DNA of 64,000 nt from Chiloscyllium plagiosum (lineage: Eukaryota), in assembly GCF_004010195.1 (NCBI RefSeq), contig NC_057728.1, forward strand, positions 45,778,229-45,842,228, written 5' to 3'. The notes under the pieces are model-generated. The model saw only the letters and a program-made list of their open reading frames with translations. It did no database searches and was not told where the DNA came from. Below, one piece after another: positions 23,458 to 36,700 of the stretch. Position 1 is the first letter of the stretch; each line of letters opens with the position of its first letter. The position numbers and the translations under genes are program-made.

Positions 23458-23986
23458 TTCAATGATGCAGGAGTTGCTCCTAACATTGATAAGGACCTCA
23501 CCTAACTTTTTATGTAATTATTCTACATTTCTCATCATAGTCCATGTCTTTCAGACCTCTAAGATTCCACCCTTAAGTCCATCTGCCTTAATGAGCTGCC
23601 CGCCCTTTGCTTTTTAAGTTTTAAACTTGGGTGTGACTTTTAACAAGATTCCTTCTAGGATTTATCCAGAGCAAAAATTTGGAATCAGGCAGAACTAGTG
23701 GTGGGTCACATTTTCCCTTGAACAAAAAAGAGGCAGTTTAAAATGTAACCATTTGATAAAACCTTGTTTTCACAACAACACCTGCCCCAATTTTTCGGGA
23801 CAGTCTAATTTTCTTCCCCACTACCTTTCCATCACCCTCTCCCCTTGAAGACTCACCCTCAAAATTCATTTTTAATAACCAGATTTGTAGAACTACTCAA
23901 GTTTATTATCCTCCTTTTGCCTAATATTTACTTTCTTTTTTGATGTCAGAGCACTTAGTTTGTTTGTAAATATAATTACTAGCAAA

Positions 23987-26713
23987 TTTTTTTAACTTTA
24001 CAAACCTATAATATTTTTAAAAAACAACACAATAACAAATATCAGTATAATAAAAAGAAATAAAAACACAAATTACAATACAACTACTATCTACTAACTA
24101 CTAACACACCCTATAATACAAAGCAACATCAAAAAAAGAAAAAAAAAAGAAAGAAAAAAACCCAAAAAAACCCCACAAATTACAGAACAGCTATGCTCGG
24201 CGCAAAGCTCCCAAACAAAGGAACGGGAGCATTGTATACATACCTGTATTAACTCGGGAGACCCCCTCCAAGGCCCAGGGCTTGACAAATCCAGTCATCC
24301 TGGTTAAACAAACACCTTAGTTAAGATAACTGATAAATCTATATCCAAATAACTCAAGTAAGGCTGCCATGTCTTATAAAAATTGTCTGTTGTGTGGTGC
24401 ACCATGTTTGTAAAAAGTCCAAGGGAATGTGCTCCATAATTAATTTCTGCCATCCCAGCAAGCCCGGCAGGTTCTCAGACACCCAATTCATCAGAATATT
24501 CTTCCGTACACAGTATGCAAGAATATTAAATAGTTTCTTCCCACGCCCGTCTGAAGATGGTAAATTCCATAGACCTAAGAGGAGAGATATCTGGTCTACT
24601 TTGATTTCAGTCCTCAATACCCTCCCTATCTCTCCCGCCACAGCATTTCAATAAACACGGAGCCTGTGGCATGTCCAGAAGCAATGGGTAAGAGTACCTA
24701 CACTTATTTTACATTTGGGGCACACTGAAGATGCCCCTTTTTTAAACTTCGCCAGACGATCTGATGCCAGATGAGCCCTGTGCAGAACTTTTAACTGCGT
24801 AGCGCATGTCCTATTACAGATTGAGATCTTTCGAGTATTCTCACATATGTTTTCCCATGTTTCAGAAGAGATCTCCACTCCCAGCTCTTGCTCCCAGACC
24901 TCACATAACCAGTTAATATCCTGCCAGGCCCTGCTACCCAGCAGGTGATAGAGGACACTAACCGAAGGGGTGCTTGTGGAACGTAGCAACAACCTCTCTG
25001 TATCAGGCTTATAGGGCTTAGTGAGAAGCATAGTCTTCTTCTGGATGAAATCCCTAACCAGAAAAAAATGGAAAAGATCTCTGCTGGGCAACCCGTATTT
25101 GCAGTTCAGTTGCTCAAAGGACATCATAACCTCCCCCTCAAACAAGTCTCCCAAACTAGAAACTCCTCTCGCTGCCCATAGTTTGAACCCTGAGTCCATC
25201 ATCCCTGGTCAGAACCCTGGCATGCCAACTATAGGTGTAAGTGGCGAAGTCTTGGATAAACAACCCTCACTCTGACGTATCGCCCTCCACGCCTTGACTG
25301 TACTTATGGCAATGGGGTTCCGGCAGTGATCCATAGCTATCCTCATCTTATCCATGAACAACAGGTTAATAAAAGGGCACTTTGCCTGGGAGGCCTCGAT
25401 ATCCAGTCATATTGCGTTTGGATCGTTACCTACCCAATCACCGACAAAGGACAGCAGGGAACTCAATTGATACCTTCTGATGTCTGGGAAGTCAACTCCT
25501 CCCCCTCCATGAGGCAACTGCAATTTAGTAAGTTTGATGAGGGGCCGCTCATGATGCCAGACAAAGGAACCAAACCGCAGCGTTGACCTGGGAAAAATTT
25601 TAGGGAGCATACACATGGGATAAAGCAAATGAGGAAGAACATTCATCTTAATGAGAGATGTTCGGCCTAGCCATGAAATTGGAAGAACCTCTCATCTCTG
25701 GAGATCTTGCCTAATATTGTCGAGCAAGTGTGCAAAGTTAGTCCGAAATAACAGATCAAACTTGGGGGTAATAAAAATGCCGAGGTATCGGAACCCTGCC
25801 CATGACCACTTAAAAGGGAACTTAGGGCCACCTTCAACTTCTGGCACATCCTTAACGTTCCCCAAAGGCATAGCCTCCGATTTTGCAAAGTTAATCTTAT
25901 ATCTGAAATAGCTCCAAATGAATTGATACATTGTATCAAATGGGGTATGGAGGTCATCAGGTTCGATGAAAACAGAAGGACATCATCTGCATACAATGTA
26001 ATCTTGTGTGCCCTCGATCCCACTTCCAGAGCGGTTATGTGGACATTCTGATGAATGGCTTCTGCCAGCGGCTCTGTCACCAACGTAAACAACAACGGTG
26101 AGAGGGGGCAGCCTTGCCGACTACCCTACCAATCCTAAAATTCCCAGACTTCACCCCGTTGGTGATGACCGCAGCCAGAGGGCGGTGATATAAAACCTCT
26201 ACTCATTTAACAAAGACCCCACCCAACCCAAACTGTTCTAAGACGTAAAAAAGCTATGGCATTCCACCCGGTCAAATGCTTTCTCTGCATCTAAGGAAAT
26301 CATCAACCCCTGAAGCAATCGTTGCTGACAAGCTTGGACCATATTCAGCAACCTTCTAATATTATTAGACAACTTACGGCCACTTATAAAGCCTGTCTGG
26401 TCCACTTTAATAATATGGGGCAACACCCTTTCCAATCTCAGTGCCAGAATCTTGGACAGAATCTTGAAATCTGAATTTAAAGAGAGAGATGGGTCGGTAT
26501 GAGGCACAATCCTCAGGAACCTTCCCTTTCTGAAGAATTAGGGAAATATTAGCTACTTTCAAAGATGGTGGTAGGCATTCATGCATATAGGAGTGATTGT
26601 ATATCTCCAACATCGGCCCTGACAGAATCCCTATAAACTCCTTATAAAACTCACCTGGGAGACCATCAGGGCCAGGCGCTTTCCCACTCTGAAGTTGCCT
26701 AGCTACCTTCTGT
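23987..26713 (-). mobile_element. L1-clade LINE, 5'-truncated and frameshifted ORF2 with 3' UTR
   Basis: SYRPISL, SLDAEKAFDRV, LYADDVLLF, C-terminal CPKC..GTLTHCFWTC; T-rich 3' UTR. Confidence 0.9.
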
Positions 26714-26746
26714 AATTATGTACAGAGCTGAAATTATGTACAGAGA

Positions 26747-27610
26747 TTAAGAATGTCACCGAAGCTGACAAGGGAGGGAACTACTCAGCACTAAAGGTTC
26801 CCTGAGCGGATCTATGGTGGTACTGTGGAGGCAAAATGCTGAGACTCACCCTCCCTCTGGATTGGAGAGGGATATGTGCAATTGTACAATTGACAATTCC
26901 ATTTACCCTGGCATTTGAGAAGGAAAAGATAGTAGGGAAAAGGGAAGGAGTAAAAGATCACTGTTAGACACTTCTTTTGATGACAGGATTTATCTTGATT
27001 CTGTAGGAGTCCCTAGGGGGGTACCTGATGAATTCAAGGTTCATAATCAGATTGCAGCAGGCTTTGAGTCAGCTCTCTTTTGGTGGGTAACAATTAATAA
27101 AAATGTAGATTGGATAAATTGCATTTTCTATAATCAACAGCGATTTATAAATTATAGAAGAGATGTGGTTAAAGGAATATCAGAACAGCTTGATGCGACA
27201 AGTAGGATGGTATAGGAAAACAGAATGGCCCTTGATATGATTTTAGCGGAAAAAGGGGGGGTGTGGTGATGTTAGGAGGAAGTTGTTGTACCTTTATTCC
27301 TAATAACACTGCACCTGATGGTTCAATTACTCGGGCCTTAAGGGGATTGACTACCTTAGCAGAGGAACTGGCTGAGAATTCAGGAGTAGACACAACTCTC
27401 ACGGTATGGCTTGAATCCTGGTTTGGAAAATGTAAGGGGGCGGTGGTTTCCATCTTTACTTCCCTGATAGTAGTAGTCGGGGTATTGGTAGCCATTGGCT
27501 GTTGTATCATACCCTGTATACGAGGGCTCACCCAAAGACTGATTGAGACAGCCTTCAAGAAGCAGATGCCCGAAATGGAATCAGGCAGAGGAACTTTATC
27601 GATTAAATAA
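26747..27610 (+). pseudogene. env: Endogenous retrovirus env (SU C-terminus and TM, gamma-type), disrupted
   Basis: WWYCGG; furin site RSKR (26946-26957); GVPRGVPDEF..IAAGFES..WWVTINKNVDWIN; ISD-like ENRMALDMILAEKGG; CX6CC-like motif; TM anchor. Stop at 27213 and frameshift at ~27263. Confidence 0.9.
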
Positions 27611-27733
27611 TGAGGGGATGAGTGAGACCAAGATGGATGAAATCTCCGGAATGATGTTTGCGAATTTTGGGGGCAGTGCTTAAAAGAAAAATGCAGAAGA
27701 TAACAAATGGTAATTAAAGAAAAAGGGGGAAAT

Positions 27734-28392
27734 TGTGGGATATAGGTAAAGTAGTGTTACTTCTGCAATTACAATTACTTATGCAAGGTAAATGCACTCA
27801 CACCATGTATAATTGTTTCAACCAAGAGCTGAGTCAACAAGAATGAAAACTATGTGGAGGAAATATATAATTGTTTTTGTATTAGCTAAAATGTGAATGC
27901 AAGAATGAAACGTGCCTGCTAACAATGGTAGACAAACAGATAAGGTGCTGTGAGGATGTAGGTTAAGCCAGATATGCTTATACAAGCAGTAGTTATAAGC
28001 ATCTGTTTCCCACTTTTGCAAAAACACAAAAACTAACCCCAATTAAAAGGTCATAAGGATCAATATGGTTGGGGAAAGGGAGGAAATGGCACAGGTGGAG
28101 GAAGTAGATAATCATGAAGAAGGATATACCTAACAATGGGCCACAGCAGGATGTGGTGAAATGGCCTAATAAAACTTGTACTTTGTTATGCACAAGGCCG
28201 GATAAGACAAGAGATAAACAATAGTAATGGGCACCAGGTTTGGAGTAGTGAATCCTATATAAGATATGTACTTGCTAAACTCTGTGTGCCAATTCCAGGC
28301 ACCATGCTTGCAAGTGTATAATAAATATACTGATTGCTTCAGATCTTGTCTCGGACTGAAATTATTGAAGTGAGTAAGCTTTGTTTCTCACA
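27734..28392 (+). mobile_element. ERV 3' LTR
   Basis: Polypurine tract aaagaaaaagggggaa just upstream; TG...CA ends; TATATAA ~28256; AATAAA ~28320. Confidence 0.8.
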
Positions 28393-29440
28393 GGTGAATC
28401 ATATGAGTTTGCTATGACAGTTATATTGAACAGAGTAGACAAGACTGGATAAGATTAACAGACTATATCGGAATAAAAATATTAGAACATCAAAAAGACA
28501 TTCATGCATAACATATATGCACACAACTCTTGCATACGATTAGATAAATTAGTTCAATTTTATCCTTGATTGTTAAAAGCCATCTTTGGAATGGAGCCAA
28601 CAAAACATAAGCACTCAATCACATTGCTATAATCCACTGAGCTTTTTGCATGTTAATTCTATTTTAATTTATATGAGACATTTTTAAAGGACTTGTACAA
28701 AAATAATGGTGTGATCCAATAGATCATAGTTTCAAAATATATACGTACCCATTTAGATGTAATTTTTCTGTTCAGATCTTTGCAGAAGTTGCATAGTATT
28801 ACACATTCCATATACATTATTAAAATTATCATCATATGGAACTGATCACTCCTTCTACTCCTACCCCATACTAGGTGGCTAGCAACAGGCATTCACAGAG
28901 TTGCAAAGGTGTATTTAATACTCCAATAATGTCTCTATTAAAGTTGAGCTATTTTTATTTTGTTGCAACTCTTCAATGTCACTTGAAACTGCCTTAAAAA
29001 CTCTGTTGGTGATATCATCCTTTAGAGTTATAAAACTGACACCTGGGATGAAATTGGTCCTTGTCAAGTAATGTACACCAACAGTATAGTGAATTGGAAA
29101 CCTGCTTTACATGGCAGCACATCAGTTTATTCTGCTGAACTGAATTAAATAGAAACCCAGCTCTTATGTAAAATAGGCTGCTGTTTGATGAAAGGTCTGT
29201 TTCATGCTGACTGATGAAGACTAATTTCACATCAACTGATTTTTAATGAAAACTTAGAATCTCCTTTGCTAGATACACTGTTGACTTTGTGAGAACACTA
29301 TAATTTCCTTTGTTGAAATGTTTTGTTCTTTTCACTTTGTTTCAAAACTTAAAAGTTAAGGACCATGATACTCACACTGAAATGGTTAAACAAAGAAATT
29401 CTGGAGATCACATCCTATCAGGTAGCCTCCATTGAGAGAA

Positions 29441-29609
29441 TGGGAGACAGTGAGGTCTGCAGATGCTGGAGATAGTTGAGAGTATGTTGCTGGAAAAGTA
29501 CAGCAGGCCAGGCAGCAACCGAGGAGCAGGAAAATCGACGTTTCAGGCCGGAGCACTTCATTCCTGAAGCTGCCTGACCTGCTGTGCTTTTCCAGCAATA
29601 CACTTTCAA
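29441..29609. mobile_element. Penelope-derived inverted mini-element
   Basis: TSD ctcca(t/t)(t/g)gagagaa at 29427-29440 and 29610-29623. Confidence 0.7.
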
Positions 29610-30039
29610 CTCCATGGAGAGAAATCAACTGCTTGACCTGCAGTAATCTCTAGCATTTTTTTTGTTTCCAATGTCGATTCCAGCATCAGCACTAATTTGC
29701 TCCTCCTGAAATGGTTAAAGTAGTTGATGCGCTAATACCATTGATTAGTATGGCTGTGGGATAAAGATTGTTTCCTATATGGACCAGAAACAAATCAAAT
29801 ATGTCAAAACATTTAGAAGCAAGGCCAAATATGTATTTTGAATTAAAAGTGTCAAAATTTGCAAACATAGATGGTATATACTTATGTTACCAAACTCAAA
29901 TATCCCATATAATTAGACATCTTGGTGTTTAGAGGTTATAAATATTGTATCATTGTTCAGGTTACTTTTAAATTCAATGCCTATTCCTTAAATGCAAACG
30001 TATAATGAATTCTTGGGACAACAGATCTATTTTTCTTAC

Positions 30040-31600
30040 AGTGTTTTTTCATTTCTGATCCCATAATCTGTTTACCTGACCAGTCCACTGATATCCTCCA
30101 GCAGTGTACAGCTATCATCCTCCTTATTCCTGTGTTTCCATGAATTTCTTGATCAATCCCTCTATGTTTAAGTCCAAAACACGAATGTACCTCACGAACA
30201 GCCAGGCCTCAGCACCAATCCTGTGAACCATCCTGTTAACAGACTTCCAACCATAGAAACACCTGTCTACCATGAATCCCTGTTTTTTTTGCCTCTTAGT
30301 GAACTTGGAATCCAACGTGCCAACTTGCCTCAGATCCCATGGACTCTTACTTGACCAGTCTGTCTGCCTTATCAAAATCTTAGCTAAAGTCAATTTGGAC
30401 CAGATTAAATGCTAATCCTCATCAACACTCCTAGCTACCTCCTCAAAGAATACAATGAAATTTGTCAAACATGACTTGCTATCGCTGATAAATCTGTGTC
30501 TCTCATAGTGTAAATATCTCTGTCCCTTTGAATTCTAATAATATCTCTAGCACTGAGGTTAGACTGACTGACCTGTAATTTGCTGATCTCTTTCTTCATT
30601 CCTTTTCTTTGAATAATGGGACAATTTTAGCAGTCATAGAGTCCTCTGGCCAAAGAAGATTTCCAAACATTAAGTATCGAACTGCTCCTCCTTTGTTAGA
30701 ATTTCTACATACTGACTAAAAACTCTCCTGCAATTGAAGAATGTTGTTTCATCTCTATCTTGCACACAAAACCCATCCCAGTTCATCTTTTGGTAGTTAA
30801 AATTCCCTACTAATGCTGCCTTATTATTCTTACACTTCTCTGAAATGTGATTATGTATTTGATCTCCATCTCTTCCTGACTTATTTGATGATCCTTCTGA
30901 GACATAATCCCTCCTCATAGACATGAATATTCCTACATCTACATTGTAAATCCCTCTGCCATTTTATCTGAATGTCCTATAACCAGTCATGTTGAGCTGC
31001 CAATTCTGACCATCTTCAGGCCAAGTCTTGATGATAGTTATGATATCATGCCGTCACCTGCCTATCTGCACCCCCATCTCATCTATTTTAATCCTCAGGC
31101 TCCCTGCATTAAAATAGATTAGATTTAGACTTGCAAAATGTTTTATCTGCCTTCCAGATTGACTTGGTTGGTTTTAACTTTTAATTCATCTCAGCCTTTC
31201 TCTTCTTTGAATTACATGTCAGGATCCCATCTCCCCGTTAAAGCAATTTAAATCTGCCCCAACTGCATTTAAAAACCTCCCCATGAGGATATTTGTCCCA
31301 TTCCTGTCTAGGTGCAATTCATTTAACATGGGCTGGTTGCAGCTCCCACAGAAATGGTTCCAGTACCTCAGAAGTTTAAGCTCTCCCTCCTGCATAGTTT
31401 TTCTAGCCACACCTTCATCTGCTCTATTCTTCCATTCTGATGCTGTATGATTCCAGGAGTAATGTAGACATTGCTACTTTTGAAATTCTGCTTGTAAATT
31501 TCCTATCCTTGAAGTCTATTTGTGGGAGCTCATTTCTTTCTTCTATCCCATTGTTCCAACCTGGATCATAAGCTCTTGATGTCCATTCTCCCCTTCAGAA
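30040..31600 (-). mobile_element. Old CR1 remnant (ORF1 esterase-like end and ORF2 pieces)
   Basis: LHLDRNGTNIL (SGNH-like ORF1 motif), VGNFNY..NW (endonuclease). Confidence 0.65.
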
Positions 31601-32087
31601 CTGATAGCAAGGCTGTCAATTGGGAAAAAAAAATATCTTTTACATTTACAGTAATGACATGCACTCAAAAATTTGCATCCTATTGCAGAAATTAGTCCCA
31701 ATATTATCTGCATTTGAAAACAGCTCCCTGTATCTCACACTCCTTTTTTTATTTTAACTCCTGCATTTGTTCTGGCAAATCATAGTCCAATTCCTGCTCT
31801 TCTTTGTATTACTTTGGTTATGTACCTTCCTGCAGTGTTCAAACTTCATTTTATTTTACAGATTCATCTTGAATGACCATGGATCCAATAAACACAGATT
31901 GTTCCCTAGATAACATTGACCTCAGGCATCTGACATCATGTTCCTCTAAGATAGTATGCTAATTAGCAAAGCTCATTTATATTAGCATAATCAAAGTATT
32001 TACAACTAAGCAAACATCATTGGAGGAACAATGGTAGATACATTTATCTTGGGAAGATGATAATGAGCTATGAGGCTATTTCTGCAT

Positions 32088-33790
32088 AAAGTCATGGAGT
32101 CATGGAGTCTTATAGCACGGAGACAGGCCCTTTGGCCCAAACTGGTCCATACCAACCAAAATGTTCATCCACGTTAACCCCATTTCCCTGCACTAGGCCT
32201 ATATCCTTCTAATCCTTTCCTATCCAAGTATTTGTCCAAATGCCTTTTAAATGTTGTTAATGTACCTACCTCAACCTCTTCCACTGGTGGCTCATTCCAT
32301 ATGCATACCACTCTCTGTGTAAAACGTTGCCTTTCGGGTTCCTTTTATTCTTTTCCCTCTAACCTTAAACTGGTGCCCTGTAATCCTTGATACCCCAACC
32401 CTGGCAAAAATACCGAGTACATTCACCCTATCCATGCCTCGCATGATCTTATACAACTCTATAAAGTCCCCCCTCTAAAGTCCTAACCTCTAAAGAAAGA
32501 AGTCCTTGCTTGTCTAACCTCTCCCTATAACTCAGACCATTGAGTCCAGGCAACATTCTTGTAAATTTCTTCTGCACATTTTCCAGTTTAATAACATACT
32601 TCCTATAACAAGGTGACTGAAACTGAATGCAATACTCCAAGTGCAGACTCACCAACATCCTGTATAACTGCAACATAACTTCCCAACTTCTTTACTCAGT
32701 GCCCTGACTGATGAAGGCCAGTGTGCCAAAAGCCTTCTTCATTGCCCTGTCTACTTATGACTCCACTTTCAGAGAACTGTGAACTTGAACTCCAAACTCC
32801 CTCTGTTCCACCACACTCCTTAAGATGTTACCATTCAGCATGAAACTCCTATCTTGATTTGACTTTCCAAAATGCAAGACCTTAGACTTATCTACATTAA
32901 ACTTCATTTGCCATTTCTCAGCCCACTTCCCCAACTGATCAAGGTTCTGCTGCATTTTCTGATAACCTTTCTCACTGTCCACAATACCGCCTATTCTAGT
33001 GTCATCAGCAAACTTAATCATGCCTTGTACTTCCTCATCCAAACAGTAATGGGCCCATCACTGACACCTAAGGCACTCCACTAGTCACTGGCCTTCAGTC
33101 TGAGAAACATCCTTCCACTATCACCCTCTGCTTCCTACCATCAAGCCAATTTTGTATCCAATTTTCCAGTTTGCCCTGGGTTCCATACGATCCAACCTTT
33201 CAGAGCAGCCTACCATGTGGAACCTTATCAAGGGCCTTACTATGTCTCCTGCTCTGCCCTTCTCAACCTTCCTGGTCACTTCGTCAAAAAACTCTAACAA
33301 ACCTGTGAGGCATGATCTCTCACTCACAAAGTCATGCTGTTACTCCTAGGCTTACTCATCTATAGTTCCCAGGCTTTGCTTTGCTTTGCAGCCTTTCTTG
33401 AATAACGGCACAACATTTGCTACCCTCCTGTCTTCTGGAACCTCACCCATGGCTAACAATGATGCAAAAGTATCAACCAGGGCCCACGCAATTTCTTCTC
33501 TAGCCTCTTGCAGTGTTCTTGGATATACCTGCTCAGGACCAAGAGATTTATCCACCTTTGTACACTCTAATACATCCAACACCTCCTCAACTGTGATATG
33601 AACTGTCCCCAAGATATGACTACTTACATCCCCAATTTCCCAAATCTTCATCTCTTTCTCCATGGTAAATATAGAGGAGAATTTTTCATTGAGAACCTCA
33701 CCCAAGTCCTTCAGTTTTACACATACATGTCTACTCTGGTAGTTGAGGGGCCCTATTCTGTCTCTAGTTATTCTTTTTCCTTTAAATTAC
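32088..33790 (-). mobile_element. CR1 LINE ORF2 and 3' tail
   Basis: EVPEDRRVANVVPLFKKG, KFADDTRIGG, LEYCIQF; (gactccat)n tail. Confidence 0.9.
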
Positions 33791-34004
33791 CGCCTTGGAT
33801 TCACCCTAATCTTCTCAGCATATTACTACATTTTTCATCAAATGAAAGAAAATGGGCCAAAAGACAAATTGTGCTGCTGATTCGCTCTTACACAGGTTGC
33901 ATCATTATCCAAAACTTATTTATTTCCAAAAACTTCACAGGTTACTATTGTTCAGTTGAATTTTTCCTGGTCGATTACAAATTTCCAATGCAATAGACTT
34001 GTCA

Positions 34005-34633
34005 TGATGATTATTATATTACAAAGGAGTGGAGGCTGGGTTTTGAAGAAAACTCTCGAGACTCGGACCTTGCAAACTAATTAGTTTATTACATGATATA
34101 TCATGGGGAATTCAACGTCCTAACTGTGGCTCGGTGTTATTCTGAAGTACATCAAGATACTACAGGATTATATAGAGAAAGCAGATAGGAGCTGATCGTT
34201 AATTACACAGATTGGCATGCTTACAAGTTAGTACTAAATTAGAGGTTAGTCATTAAGTTCAAAACTAAAGCACTATTATGCATTCCACAAGTGGACAGAA
34301 CAAATAGTATCACCGTCTGTTCTAGTTACACAGATTGCTAACACTAAGCAGAGATATCCCTAATTAGCTGAATGACCGTGAAGTGGCAATAACTCGTGAA
34401 GGAAGTGGGGATAATTGGCAAGTCCATGTCAGCTTGCTACAGCCTGCGCTGATCATTCAGCAAAGGGAGGAAACACTGTCTTGACACCTTAGAAAAAGAT
34501 AAGGTCTACCTTTTACATTACCTCATTGTAAGGAATGCGCAGCCAGCAAAGTTCTGGCTGGGGACACAAAATGGTTTCTCAGCCGGATTAGGAAAATGGC
34601 TTCCAGGCAAATAATGTTAACTTTTCCCCAACA
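34005..34633 (-). mobile_element. Probable solo LTR of another family
   Basis: Minus strand starts TGTTGGGGAAAAG; TATATAA ~34173; AATAAA ~34090; no TSD found. Confidence 0.45.
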
Positions 34634-35609
34634 CTAGGTCATTGAATTTTTCGCGACTGAGCTATGCAGACTCAGAAGTCAAGGGTCCCAGGGAAGGCAG
34701 TAAAGTGGAGTTGATGCCATGTCTAAATCAACTGTGATTTCATTTGAACAGCTGAACGGTCTATTCCTGCACCAAAGTCTTATGATCCTATGTACATGTT
34801 ACTATAGTTGCTTTCAAAATGTTAAATCCTGAAATTTCCTTTTATGACATACTCAAAATGACACAATCACATCTTGTCCACAGACATACAATTAAAATCA
34901 CTGATATACGTGATACCAAGGTTCTATTCATATGGTGAAGCTGAATCAATCTGTTTGACACACTCTCACCTAAGGTGGGCAATATCCTCATTTCAATCCT
35001 TCCCAAATGTTTCCAGATGATTCTTTAATTAAATTTCATATTCTTAAGGTTCAGTGTGATAAGATTTTATGGTGAAATCTGATTTTGAAAATTATCCAGA
35101 GAATTGAATTTATTTGTTGCATTGTCTTTACTGGAGTCAACATTTTAATCCTTTTCACACATATCATTTAACACCAGGCACATGGCATATACCCAATGCT
35201 AAATGTTACACCTTCCAAAAATATTATCTGTTGTGTGCCCTCAATCAATTGTCACATATTTCGGGGAGTTGATTAATATCTTCTAAAGGTTCCAGTGAAA
35301 GAATAATTAATGGAGAAAGGCATCAATATTTGACAAACAGTGAATGGGGCTGTCCACTGAGCAATCATCAGCAAACATTCCCATTCCTGATTTATATTGG
35401 AGGAAAGGTCATTGACGAAGATTGTTGGGAATGGGGCACTGCACATCTGCAGTATCAAAGACTCCTAAGGCTGAGATGATTCAATAATAACAACTATCAT
35501 TCTGTGTGCCAGGTAGACTCCAACTAATGGAGAGTTTTCTCCCCAAGTTCTGTACTCTCCAATTTAGCAGTAGTTCCTTGATGCTATAGACGATCAAAGG
35601 CTGCCTCAA

Positions 35610-36130
35610 TGTCATCACTTAAATGAGAATCTGTATTGGCCTCACACAATTAAACAAAGTAGAAATGCAAATGTATCAAATGGTGGTTGTATACAAGAGT
35701 CTGACAGAGATAGCACAAAGCACAATTTTTACTAAATTAGGTACAAACAATGGCTTCTGGCAACAATCACTGGATAAAAAATCCAAACTGCTGACAACAT
35801 CCATCAGACTGTATTGAAGATTTTGCTTCAAATGCCTACTCTTTGGTGTTACATCAGCACCAGGAATTTTTCAATGTACTATGATAAATGCCAAATAATA
35901 ATTGGGGAAAGGGTTATCAGGCAAATGGATAATTTGTGGATAATTAATTCATAGTTCTACCACTTAAGTGCATGATGACAGATTGAGAGCAATGTACATG
36001 TTTGCAAGAAGTAGGACTTCATCACAATGATAAATGTGGATCTGACAACAAATCATTATAAGTATGGGATACATAGTTCATGCAGTAGGCATCAGGGCTG
36101 ATCCTTAAAAGCTAAGCAATCAAAGATTTT
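35610..36130 (+). mobile_element. Gypsy RT fragment
   Basis: ICIGLTQLNK, FTKLGTNNGFWQ..LDKKSKLLTT, LLFGVTSAPGIFQ. Confidence 0.65.
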
Positions 36131-36164
36131 ATCAAATTTTGTGGGAGTGGTGAATTAAATTGTT

Positions 36165-36700
36165 GAATAGAGGAGTTGGAATGACATGTTGAGGTTGTAC
36201 AGGGCATTGTGAGGGAAATTTCGAGTATTGTGTGCAGTTCTGGTTGTCCTGCTATAGGAAGGATATCATTAAATTGGAGAAAGTTCAGAAAAGATTTACC
36301 AGGATGTCGCCAGGGCTGGAGGGTTTGAGTTATAAAGATAGCCTGAGACATTTTTCACTGGAGCGTAGGAGGTTGAGGGGTGACCTTATGAGGTGTATAG
36401 ATAAGGTGAATAGCAAGGTCTTTTCCGTCGGGTGAGGGAATTCAAATCCAGGGGACATATTTTTAAGGTGAGAAGAGAAAAATGTAAAAGGAACCTGAGG
36501 GGTCAATGTTTTCACACAGAGGAATGAACTGCCAGAAGTGATAGATACAGTTCCAACATTTATAAAATATTTGGAAAACTACATAAATAGGTAAGGTTTA
36601 GAGGGATATGGGCCAAGTGCAGGCAGGTAGTTTAGTTTGGGAAACAATGTCAGCCTGGAGGAATTGGATTGTTTCTGTACTGTATGACTCAATGACTCTT
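36165..36700 (+). mobile_element. CR1 3' fragment
   Basis: QFWLSCYRKDIIKLEKVQKRFTRM. Confidence 0.85.
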
